Origin: Brevundimonas sp. A19_0
Lineage (GTDB): Bacteria > Pseudomonadota > Alphaproteobacteria > Caulobacterales > Caulobacteraceae
Direction: 5' to 3'
Length of the DNA: 32,000 nucleotides
Assembly (NCBI RefSeq): GCF_017744255.1
Contig: NZ_JAGHQP010000004.1
Location: forward strand, 20,010-52,009
Shown: in pieces, positions 7,307-14,653 of the stretch
Numbering within the stretch: position 1 is the stretch's first letter
How the letters are laid out: every line of letters begins with the position of its first letter
Program-made: the position numbers and the translations under genes
Notes under the pieces: generated by a model
Databases searched by the model: none
Told to the model about the DNA's origin: nothing
Seen by the model: the letters and a program-made list of their open reading frames with translations, nothing else

Positions 7307-7695
7307 TGCCGCCGCTGGCGGAGACGTTCCCGTTCCTTTCCTTTTCGGGCGGCCGCCAAGCGCGGTTTGGGGAACGCATCACCATCGAAGAATACGATGG
7401 GGAGATCTACACCGAGCCCCACCGAGTCATCGAATGGCTCGACCGCAATGACGCGGACGAAATGGACGACGAGGAGCTCGAGGGCGAAGGCTGGCTCGCG
7501 CTTGGCGAGGACATCTATGCATACGGTGAGTTTGCCGGTGGCGAATGGGTCGAACACGAGTTCGACATCAGCCTGAACGAGCTCGGCGAAAACTGGCTCT
7601 CGACTTCGAAGGTGATGGAGGCGGCCGAAATCCTTGTAGTAGGGGAAGCGGAAGGCTGGGTGAGCGTCGCGCCCTGGCATGCGCGGGACCTCTAG
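7303..7695 (+). CDS. Highly acidic 130-aa protein, translationally coupled to the DUF4365-like gene
   Basis: ATGATG at 7303 overlaps the upstream TGA (7304-7306). My count gives 23 Glu + 9 Asp versus 6 Arg + 1 Lys in 130 aa. Third codon positions are mostly G/C in this frame. The antisense 224-aa ORF (7006..7680) looks like a shadow ORF. Confidence 0.65.
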   Translation: MMPPLAETFPFLSFSGGRQARFGERITIEEYDGEIYTEPHRVIEWLDRNDADEMDDEELEGEGWLALGEDIYAYGEFAGGEWVEHEFDISLNELGENWLSTSKVMEAAEILVVGEAEGWVSVAPWHARDL

Positions 7696-7699
7696 CCGG

Positions 7700-9010
7700 C
7701 TAGGCCTGCGCCGCCTCTTCGTCCTCGTTATCGGCCAGAAGGTCTAGCTTGCCCCAAATCTCCAGGAACGGCGCAAGCGTCATAATCTGTCCCTCATCGT
7801 GCTCAGTCGGTCCAAGTGCCTTGACCTTGTGCCGCCTTATCCGTTGGCGGGTGATCTTGGCCTGAAGGCTGAACATCTCGCCATCTGCATTCGCCGCGAA
7901 CATCACCAGCGCTTCGCCGCGGCGTTGAGCCTCGGCGGCGAAGCCGCTTTCTGGGAGGTCCTCTCGTCGCGCAGTCCAGGCTTCGGAAATGAATGTCACG
8001 CCGTTCGCACCGATCTGGCGTGCCCTCGCCGCGGCGTCGCGCATCATCATGTATTTCGCGCGCCGATCGGTGGACCAAGCCTGGATTTGGTCTACGGGGA
8101 GCAGGTCCTTCCATAGGAGCATAATGGGCATGTGGTAGCCGTCTCGCAGCATGACGCGGCGAGCCTCGGCGAAGAACACCTCCGCCATCTCTCTGAAACT
8201 TCGCGCATCCTTGAGTCCCGCCCAAGCATCCTTGACGTAACGCTTCCGGGCGAGCCGCGTCACCTTTGCAGATGGTTGTCCTCTCGGAATTCGGCCGATC
8301 TCCATCTCACGGCCGGTGCTCACCGCTACGTAGATGGTGCGCTCTGCCTCCAAGACCTCCATGGACTTCAGACGTCCGTCGGGGAGAGTATCAAGCAGGA
8401 GATGCTCGCCCTTGTCGGGGCCTCCGCGGGGGATATCGGCGCCGATGTGCCGATGAAGCTCGACGACCATTTGCGCCAACTGGCCGTAGACGTGAGCAAG
8501 GGCGTCGAGGATCTCGTGATCAGGTAGCTCCGCGTCGACCCAACGACGCTGCACGCACAGGACGCCGTGCTTGAGGACGTGCTCATCCAAAAGATGGGCG
8601 GGAATAGTGCGGCGAATGTCCCCCAAGGACGCGAAAACGTTCGCCGGAGTCCAGGCTGTGTGCGGGTGCCCCGCGTAGCTCGCCACCAGTTCAACCTTGA
8701 CTTGGCTGAGTGTGGCCAGATCGCCTTGCTTCTCGATCTTATTTCGAGCGTTGACCGCCCATCTCATGATCGGATCGGACTTGAATCTCGATTGAACGCC
8801 TTCGTACCAAGCCTTGAACTCGGGAATCGCCGCCTTGTTGCTTTGCAGGATGAAGGTGACGGTGCGCGCGGTAGCGATCGTGGACTGCAAGCCCAAGCGG
8901 AATTTGTCAGGCTCGAAATAGGCGCTTCGCGTCTGGTGCCAGAGCTGGCGCAGATCTCCCAGACGCCGGAGGACAGCACCGACCGCGTTTGAAACTTCGT
9001 CGACTTCCAT
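7700..9010 (-). CDS. Hypothetical protein, 436 aa, no motif I can assign; directly downstream of and co-oriented with qatD
   Basis: Long ORF with normal amino-acid composition. I saw no P-loop, no TM segment and no recognisable catalytic motif. A 59-bp gap separates it from the qatD stop, with only a weak 6-bp hairpin (GCGCTC..GAGCGC) and no T-tract. Confidence 0.7.
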   Translation of the reverse strand: MEVDEVSNAVGAVLRRLGDLRQLWHQTRSAYFEPDKFRLGLQSTIATARTVTFILQSNKAAIPEFKAWYEGVQSRFKSDPIMRWAVNARNKIEKQGDLATLSQVKVELVASYAGHPHTAWTPANVFASLGDIRRTIPAHLLDEHVLKHGVLCVQRRWVDAELPDHEILDALAHVYGQLAQMVVELHRHIGADIPRGGPDKGEHLLLDTLPDGRLKSMEVLEAERTIYVAVSTGREMEIGRIPRGQPSAKVTRLARKRYVKDAWAGLKDARSFREMAEVFFAEARRVMLRDGYHMPIMLLWKDLLPVDQIQAWSTDRRAKYMMMRDAAARARQIGANGVTFISEAWTARREDLPESGFAAEAQRRGEALVMFAANADGEMFSLQAKITRQRIRRHKVKALGPTEHDEGQIMTLAPFLEIWGKLDLLADNEDEEAAQA

Positions 9011-9069
9011 GGCGGCTTCTATTGCCTCGGGCGCTCAATGCGCTTGGAGCGCGGCACAGTTTGACCCTG

Positions 9070-9810
9070 TTAGACTACTGGAACCGAACCCAACAACGAG
9101 CGGAGGTTTGCATGCAGTTGGGCGGGCACGGCCTCTTCAGTCATGCGCCAGACCTCAGCTAGTGTGACGTATGTGAGAGAAACGTCCCACGGCATCAAAG
9201 GGCGTCCGTTCACCTGCGCAAACGGCGCGTCAGTTTCGGTAAGGACGCGTTCGGCTGGCATGGCCTGAGCCAGCTGCTTGCCCTTTGCAGAGTTCAACAT
9301 CGAGGGGCCGACGCTGAACCAGCAGCCGAGCTTCACCGCCCGAGCAAGCTCCCGCTCGGTGCCGCTGAACCAGTGCAGAACTGGCGTTCCTGCAGCCGGG
9401 AATTCCTCGATCAAGTCCAAGACTGGTGTAGCCGCACGCCTAGAGTGGAAACTCATGATCCGACCACCAGCATCCGCGCAACCGCGCAACATGCGCTTCA
9501 GAATCCGCTTCTGAATGTCGAAGCTGCCTCGGTGTTGCGGACTACCGTCGAGACCGATTTCACCGACATACCTCGCTTCGGGCAGGAAGTGTTCCCACAG
9601 TGGTATTTCGGTGTGGCGTTCAGCTACCAGTTCGGGGTGAAGCCCGAGGCCTACCCGCACACGCCTCAGGTTGCGGACCAGCTTCTGATTTCCCGCCCAC
9701 GCCTTGGGCGTTGTGGTGACCGCTAAAACGTAAACGCCTTTTGCCTCGGCTTCCGCCAAAACAGCGGCGGGATCGGCATAAAGATCGATGTGGCAGTGGA
9801 AATCGATCAA
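9070..9810 (-). CDS. qatD: QatD, TatD-family metal-dependent DNase/hydrolase
   Basis: Motifs IDFHCHIDL (HxH), VGEIGLDG, SFHSR and LTETDAPF are TatD hallmarks. The apparent start is TTG at 9810, overlapping the qatC stop (9807-9809). Confidence 0.85.
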   Translation of the reverse strand: MIDFHCHIDLYADPAAVLAEAEAKGVYVLAVTTTPKAWAGNQKLVRNLRRVRVGLGLHPELVAERHTEIPLWEHFLPEARYVGEIGLDGSPQHRGSFDIQKRILKRMLRGCADAGGRIMSFHSRRAATPVLDLIEEFPAAGTPVLHWFSGTERELARAVKLGCWFSVGPSMLNSAKGKQLAQAMPAERVLTETDAPFAQVNGRPLMPWDVSLTYVTLAEVWRMTEEAVPAQLHANLRSLLGSVPVV

Positions 9811-11081
9811 ATCACACCATGCGCCTTCAACAAGGTTTCAAGTTCCGCAAGGCCCCGCAGCGCCGTGTCCTCTAAATCGGTCGTTGGGCCTAATTGTGCC
9901 GAGTTCAGAGAACCTCCGATCCATGCGTTACGCCCGCGCGAATCTGCAAGATGGACGGCGTAGGCAGCCGACCGGACGTCATCGAAGTCCATGTGTTTTC
10001 GGCCCGGTAGACCGAGGTTATCGTACTTGTAGCTGGGCGTGGAATCCGTAACACCCCATCTCAGGAAGGACGCGCGCCGAACAAGGCAGGGCACGCATCG
10101 ACCGCATTGGGTGAATCCGGTTCTGGCGTAGCGGCCGCAGCTGGTCGTACCGCCAATCAGAGATTTGAGGAGCGTTTGATTGGCGCATCCCGCCAGCATC
10201 TCGCCTTTGGTCTTCAGCTGGTAGGGGTTCTGGAGCTGTACGTTGAGACCGGCAGCGGTCAGGACGCTTTGCAGCTTTCCGAGATAGAATGGGTGCGTCG
10301 TTCTCGTGCTTAGGGAACCGACACGCATAGGCGTGAGCGGGATGTTAAGGCTGATGAAGCCGTTTTCTGGCACGATGAGGTCGATGGTCGCACCTTTGGC
10401 GTAGGCCTCTAGGCAGGTCGCCGAGAGCACACCTAATCCGAAGAAAACCATCGACCTGGCGCGCTGCGAACGCTCCGACTGGATCGGGGGCGATGCGTTG
10501 TGATTGAGCTGGATGTGCAGAGACTGTGGAGAGATCGTCCGTGCGAATCGACTCTGATCTTTCTTGTCACCCTTAGCGACTTGGCTGACGAGCAGGGGCT
10601 TATGCCCTTGCGCGACCAGATCGATCGCTCCGATCAGGCTGTCCATACCTCCGGACAAGAGGCAGACGATGTCTTCGGTTCGATGCTGGACGGGGATAGG
10701 TGGTGCCGGAAGATAGCCGCCCCCGAAGAATGCCACCTTCCAGATGTCGCCCGTGACGAACTGGAGCATTTGCTCAAGTTCTGGCGCGACTCCATTCCAG
10801 AAGGCAGGATCGACGACAGCCACAGTCAAGTCGATTTGGCGCGTCCAGCCATCGGGGCTGGTGCTGCGGGTGCAGGACTCGTCCGCAGCTACGACGGATA
10901 GGGCAAAGGAAAGAAAGTCCCAGGCCCTTGCCGATGGCTGAAGCTTTAGGCCGCGAAAATAGGGTGGGATGGCCGCGCCAATAGCGCCTTCATTGGGCGT
11001 GTTTTTATAACCGTAGAGAATGAACGGAATGTCAGTGCTCGTGGGAAATGCCGTCCCGGCAGGTGCGCAGCTGACCCTCAT
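9807..11081 (-). CDS. qatC: QatC, QueC-like PP-loop ATPase
   Basis: It has the PP-loop VCLLSGGMDSLIGAIDL, the motif KTKGEM, and the C-terminal Cys cluster CGRYARTGFTQCGRCVPCLVRR, as in QueC Zn sites. The ATG at 11081 overlaps the qatB TGA (TGATG). GTG 11084 is also possible. Confidence 0.85.
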   Translation of the reverse strand: MRVSCAPAGTAFPTSTDIPFILYGYKNTPNEGAIGAAIPPYFRGLKLQPSARAWDFLSFALSVVAADESCTRSTSPDGWTRQIDLTVAVVDPAFWNGVAPELEQMLQFVTGDIWKVAFFGGGYLPAPPIPVQHRTEDIVCLLSGGMDSLIGAIDLVAQGHKPLLVSQVAKGDKKDQSRFARTISPQSLHIQLNHNASPPIQSERSQRARSMVFFGLGVLSATCLEAYAKGATIDLIVPENGFISLNIPLTPMRVGSLSTRTTHPFYLGKLQSVLTAAGLNVQLQNPYQLKTKGEMLAGCANQTLLKSLIGGTTSCGRYARTGFTQCGRCVPCLVRRASFLRWGVTDSTPSYKYDNLGLPGRKHMDFDDVRSAAYAVHLADSRGRNAWIGGSLNSAQLGPTTDLEDTALRGLAELETLLKAHGVI

Positions 11082-11875
11082 CACAGGTAGCTCTCAAAGA
11101 TTTCGAAGGTGTCGCGAATGATGTCATTCGCCAACTCGCTGGCGACTTGGCGATTCATGGTTTGCCCGACGTTCGCCCTGGCCCGAAAGGCGCGCGCCAC
11201 CTCTTGGCGGACGTAGCTCTTCATCTCTTCCAGCCGGTCAACGCCCTGAGCATAGTTCGGTGCCTTGTCGAGAATCGCCTGCCCGACATCGAACTCGATC
11301 CGCTGCGCAAGATCGCCGGCGATGTAGGACTCGATCACCAGATCGATTTCCGGCGGCGTTAGCGCCGCCAGGTCGGCGTTCGGGTTATGAGCAAGCACTT
11401 CCGAAAGCGCCCTGGAAACGGAGTCGCGCGCGCCCTCTGTGTCTTGTGTCCCGTCGACGGGCCGAAGCGCCTCGACGATGATGTCGGCAATCTCCTTTTG
11501 GGTGCGACCCGCCAAGCTTGCCGGATTAAGAGTGACGTCGGTCGGCAGCGGAGCGCCCGTGCTCAGCGCATCCAAGACTCCATAGAGACCGCCCGCTGTC
11601 CGGGCCGTCCCCGCCATGCGTTGGGCGGCCGACGCAGCGCCACCGAGTCCCTTGCGGGAGTAGTGGCCAAGCCCGCGGCGAAGGTCTCGCGGCCCCCCAG
11701 ACCGGCCATACCGGCCGAGGCTTGTCCGCGCCGGCCTAAAGCGGCCAGCGGGCGCGACGGCGGGGGGATTTGCTCCCGCCGCAGGCGAGGGCTGCTGTCC
11801 CGGCGCAGAGGGAACCCATTCAGGGACCAAGGGGATGCCCGAGCCCGGGCCCTTGCTTGATGCCGAAGTCCCCAT
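11081..11875 (-). CDS. qatB: QatB (assigned by position in the Qat operon); disordered G/P/A/S-rich N-terminal third and helical acidic C-terminus
   Basis: It lies between the KAP ATPase and the QueC-like gene. The ATG at 11875 overlaps the qatA TGA by 1 nt (TGATG). The protein starts MGTSASSKGPGSGIPLVPEW. The track's upstream extension (to 11986) overlaps qatA and is Cys/Gly-rich junk. Confidence 0.7.
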   Translation of the reverse strand: MGTSASSKGPGSGIPLVPEWVPSAPGQQPSPAAGANPPAVAPAGRFRPARTSLGRYGRSGGPRDLRRGLGHYSRKGLGGAASAAQRMAGTARTAGGLYGVLDALSTGAPLPTDVTLNPASLAGRTQKEIADIIVEALRPVDGTQDTEGARDSVSRALSEVLAHNPNADLAALTPPEIDLVIESYIAGDLAQRIEFDVGQAILDKAPNYAQGVDRLEEMKSYVRQEVARAFRARANVGQTMNRQVASELANDIIRDTFEIFESYL

Positions 11876-13755
11876 CAGTGCCTCTCGTTTCCAGCGGCTT
11901 TCTTGCTGGCCGCAGCAATCGCCTTCTTCACCGGTTCCGAAACATTCGGCTCCTTCACCCAACCGGCCAGCACATCGACAGCCCAAGGCTTATCAGCCAG
12001 CAACGGCACAATCGGAGCCGTTATCTGCGCCGGGGGAAGATCACCCATGAAGCGTGCAACGGTTTGGATGTGAGCGCCTGGCACGGCGGCGACGGTGAGC
12101 AGTGCATTGAGAATCTGAGGCGTACCCCACTGCTCAACAGCTCGCGCCCGACTGAGGACCCGCTCCGCAATGCGACTGACTTCGTTCAAAGGCAGTGCAT
12201 GCAGCTTCTGAACCAATGTCGAACTCGGCGTTGTGCTCAGCTTGAGTAGCGCTTCAAGTAGGTTCGCACCTTCGGACGACAATTTGTCCGCTGCCGTTAT
12301 GATCGGCATGCGCTCCCGGCTGACGTAGACGATGCCGCGAAGATCTTGTTCGCCAAGGGGCGGCTCTAGCGCCAACCAATCGCGCACGAACTCGTCGTCC
12401 CACTCGCCCTCAAGGACAAGACTGGCCGGGTCTTTCGCGGCCATCTCTTCGAGCGGCACGAGCAAGCTTGCCTTGCCGTCTTCGCTCTCGTTGATGGTCC
12501 GAAGAATCTCGGCATAGGCCGCTTCCGATCCGCACCGCTCGAACAGCAGCATTTTGGCTAGAGCGGTCTCGTCCACATTGACCTGTTGGACACGGGCGAT
12601 GGCTTTGCGGATCGATAGTGTGTTGAGCAGGCGCTTAATGAGGCGAGGGTTGCCCGCAATCTTGTTCGATGTGGTCAGGATGGGGGCGATGCGATCCGCA
12701 AGGTCCAACTGAAGACCCAAGTCGAGCGGGACCTCTTTGATCAGAGATTCCACATAGGCGCGATCGACTCGCTTACCCGACCAGGTTTCTCCCAACCGCT
12801 TGCAGATCGCCGCCCGAGCGGAATCCTGCTCCTCCTTTTTGAGGCTGCTATTCTCGATAAATAGCATCATCAAATAGGCGCGCACGTCCTGTGTACCCAG
12901 CGGGGGGACGCGGATGGGGACCTGGATCAGTTTGTCGAAATAGTTCGTAACGAGATCGTCTGTGAGCCTAGCGTCTTTGAAGTGATCTACTACCGCGCGT
13001 TTGATCATTTCGTCGTCGGCCGCGATCACGAATGCCGTGTGGTCGAGGAAAAGGAAGAGGCGCATTGCCTCCAAGGTCGCGATCGCTGTCGGCGGCAGAC
13101 AGCGGTCGAGGTCGTCAATCAATACGACCAAGGTGACGCCTAGGTCCTTCAGTGTCTTTTCGAGTTCGTCTCGGAAATCCTGGATTTCTTTCGGGGGGGT
13201 TTGATCGGCCGCGCCGCTCTCTTTCAGGAAGCCCTTTGCATCGCCCGCTAGTTTGGCCGCTGCGTCCAAGTCCGTTTCAGTAACTTGCCCATCCGTCAGG
13301 TCTCTATAGACAGCGATCCCGTCGCCGATGAGTCCGACTGGAGGCAGGCCGACCGCTAATGCCGCGACAGTTTTCGCACTGGCGCTCGCCAGTCGAAGCC
13401 AGTTGACACGCTTCAGGAGGTTTTGGGCGTGCCACACCACATTGTCGCCGAGGTCCTTGCTCTCCTCCGCCTTTTTCAGAACGGCCCGAGCGATGACCTC
13501 CATCAGCGCAGCGCGAGTATCGTCGTAGCCCTGATAGAGCCAAGCGTTGAACTCGACGAATAGATAATCCTCGGCAGTCCGAGACTTAAGCGACTGAGCC
13601 AGAAGCTTCATCATCGACGACTTGCCGACGCCCCAGCTCCCAGAAATCCCCATCGAAATGGGCTTCCCGTTGGCCTGCAGTATCATCTCCGCCGCGATGT
13701 CCGCGACAAAGCCGAAATTTAGGAAATCTTGGTCGGTCTCGTTATCGGACCACAT
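11875..13755 (-). CDS. qatA: QatA, KAP-family P-loop NTPase
   Basis: Walker A is ISGSWGVGKSSMMKLL. Walker B is TLVVLIDDLDRCLP, the KAP signature. MWSDNETDQDFLNFGF is a typical KAP N-terminus. GGGGGAG lies ~10 nt upstream of ATG 13755; the track start 13791 is less likely. Confidence 0.85.
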   Translation of the reverse strand: MWSDNETDQDFLNFGFVADIAAEMILQANGKPISMGISGSWGVGKSSMMKLLAQSLKSRTAEDYLFVEFNAWLYQGYDDTRAALMEVIARAVLKKAEESKDLGDNVVWHAQNLLKRVNWLRLASASAKTVAALAVGLPPVGLIGDGIAVYRDLTDGQVTETDLDAAAKLAGDAKGFLKESGAADQTPPKEIQDFRDELEKTLKDLGVTLVVLIDDLDRCLPPTAIATLEAMRLFLFLDHTAFVIAADDEMIKRAVVDHFKDARLTDDLVTNYFDKLIQVPIRVPPLGTQDVRAYLMMLFIENSSLKKEEQDSARAAICKRLGETWSGKRVDRAYVESLIKEVPLDLGLQLDLADRIAPILTTSNKIAGNPRLIKRLLNTLSIRKAIARVQQVNVDETALAKMLLFERCGSEAAYAEILRTINESEDGKASLLVPLEEMAAKDPASLVLEGEWDDEFVRDWLALEPPLGEQDLRGIVYVSRERMPIITAADKLSSEGANLLEALLKLSTTPSSTLVQKLHALPLNEVSRIAERVLSRARAVEQWGTPQILNALLTVAAVPGAHIQTVARFMGDLPPAQITAPIVPLLADKPWAVDVLAGWVKEPNVSEPVKKAIAAASKKAAGNERH

Positions 13756-13817
13756 TTGTTGTTTGCTCCCCCGAACAGCCCACTCTCCCATTAGTTGCGG
13801 CAGGCCTCAAGTACCAA

Positions 13818-14072
13818 CTACTGAGTGGCGCAGAGGTCATCGCGGTTGAGGAATGCCTCCACTGCAGCCAGGCGGCATCCGGTGGGTAGATGTACGTCTC
13901 GCTCCCACCACATCCATGTTTTGGCGTCCACGCCGACCAAGGCCGCAGCATCCTTCTGACGAAGGCCCAGCTTCTGCCGGCGAACCCGAAGGCATTCCCC
14001 AAGTGTTGGGTTCTTGGAAAGCGTCGTATCAGGCCGAGCAGCCCTGAGGGCGCAGCTCAGGCCCGGTAGCAA
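13818..14072 (-). CDS. XRE-type helix-turn-helix regulator upstream of qatA; start uncertain (TTG 14072 or TTG 14132)
   Basis: TLGECLRVRRQKLGLRQKDAAALVGVDAKTWMWWERDVHLP is an HTH_3-like pattern. It is on the same strand as qatA and 62 nt upstream of it. There is no ATG or GTG between 14072 and the HTH. Confidence 0.65.
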   Translation of the reverse strand: MLPGLSCALRAARPDTTLSKNPTLGECLRVRRQKLGLRQKDAAALVGVDAKTWMWWERDVHLPTGCRLAAVEAFLNRDDLCATQ

Positions 14073-14085
14073 AAGGGCAACACCG

Positions 14086-14619
14086 CCATGCCGTTGCGGC
14101 CTAGGCGGGGCGGGCAAGGGGGCCTGCGGCAAGGCCCCGCGCTGCCAGAGGGACTATCAGAACCGCATCTCCGGCCCGCTGTTCGACCGCATCGACCTGA
14201 CGGTCGAGGTGCCGCCGGTGACCGCCGCCGACATGAGTCTGCCGCCTCCGACCGAGGGCACCGCCGAGGCGGCCGCCCGCGTCACCCGCGCCCGCGAGAT
14301 CCAGACCGCCCGTCTGGACGAGGCCGGCCATGAGGGCGAGCCCGTCATCAACGCCCATCTGGCCGGGGCCCTGCTGGACCGGTTCGCCCAGCCCGATGCC
14401 GACGGACGGGCCCTGCTGATGCGGGCGGGCGAGGCCGGGGGTCTGACGGCGCGCGGCTGGACCCGGACCCTGCGGCTGGCGCGAACCATCGCCGATCTCG
14501 ATGGCTCGACCGGCATCCTGCGCCGCCATGTGGCCGAGGCCCTGATCTATCGCCACACCCGGATGGACGCCGAGATGCAGTTCAACCGGGCGACCGCAGG
14601 TGCCCACGCCCCGGTTTGA
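14086..14619 (+). pseudogene. comM: 3' fragment (C-terminal ~175 codons) of a comM/yifB Mg-chelatase-like AAA ATPase, separated from its 5' part
   Basis: PCRCGLGGAGKGACGKAPRCQRDYQNRISGPLFDRIDLTVEVPPV...GLTARGWTRTLRLARTIADLDG...ILRRHVAEALIYR is the conserved ComM/YifB Zn-ribbon and C-terminal domain. The ~330-aa ATPase part that should precede it is replaced by minus-strand island genes. Confidence 0.8.
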
Positions 14620-14653
14620 GCGGGTGTTAAGAGGTCGGCGCTAGTCTGGCGCC

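Larger units (their letters stand above)
1..14085. mobile_element. Right-hand portion of a genomic island inserted in comM; the left end and any integrase lie outside the window
   Basis: A recognisable comM C-terminal coding sequence starts abruptly at ~14086, and no comM 5' part appears anywhere upstream in the window. Sampled 60-nt lines have much lower GC (6901-6960: 28/60; 12541-12600: 33/60) than the core (15001-15060: 45/60). The cargo is defence and RHS genes. No boundary repeat can be verified because the other end is absent. Confidence 0.5.

Noticed and set aside
7006-7680. 224-aa minus-strand ORF overlapping the DUF4365-like and acidic-protein genes
   Set aside because: The plus-strand frames have G/C-biased third positions, a strong RBS and ATGA coupling. 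The minus ORF reads as an Arg/Ser/Phe-rich shadow with no start context.
11875-11986. N-terminal extension of the qatB ORF (MGCRCAGRLGEGAECFG...)
   Set aside because: It overlaps the 3' end of qatA in another frame and has odd composition. The internal ATG at 11875 forms a TGATG junction with the qatA stop, the same junction type as qatB/qatC.
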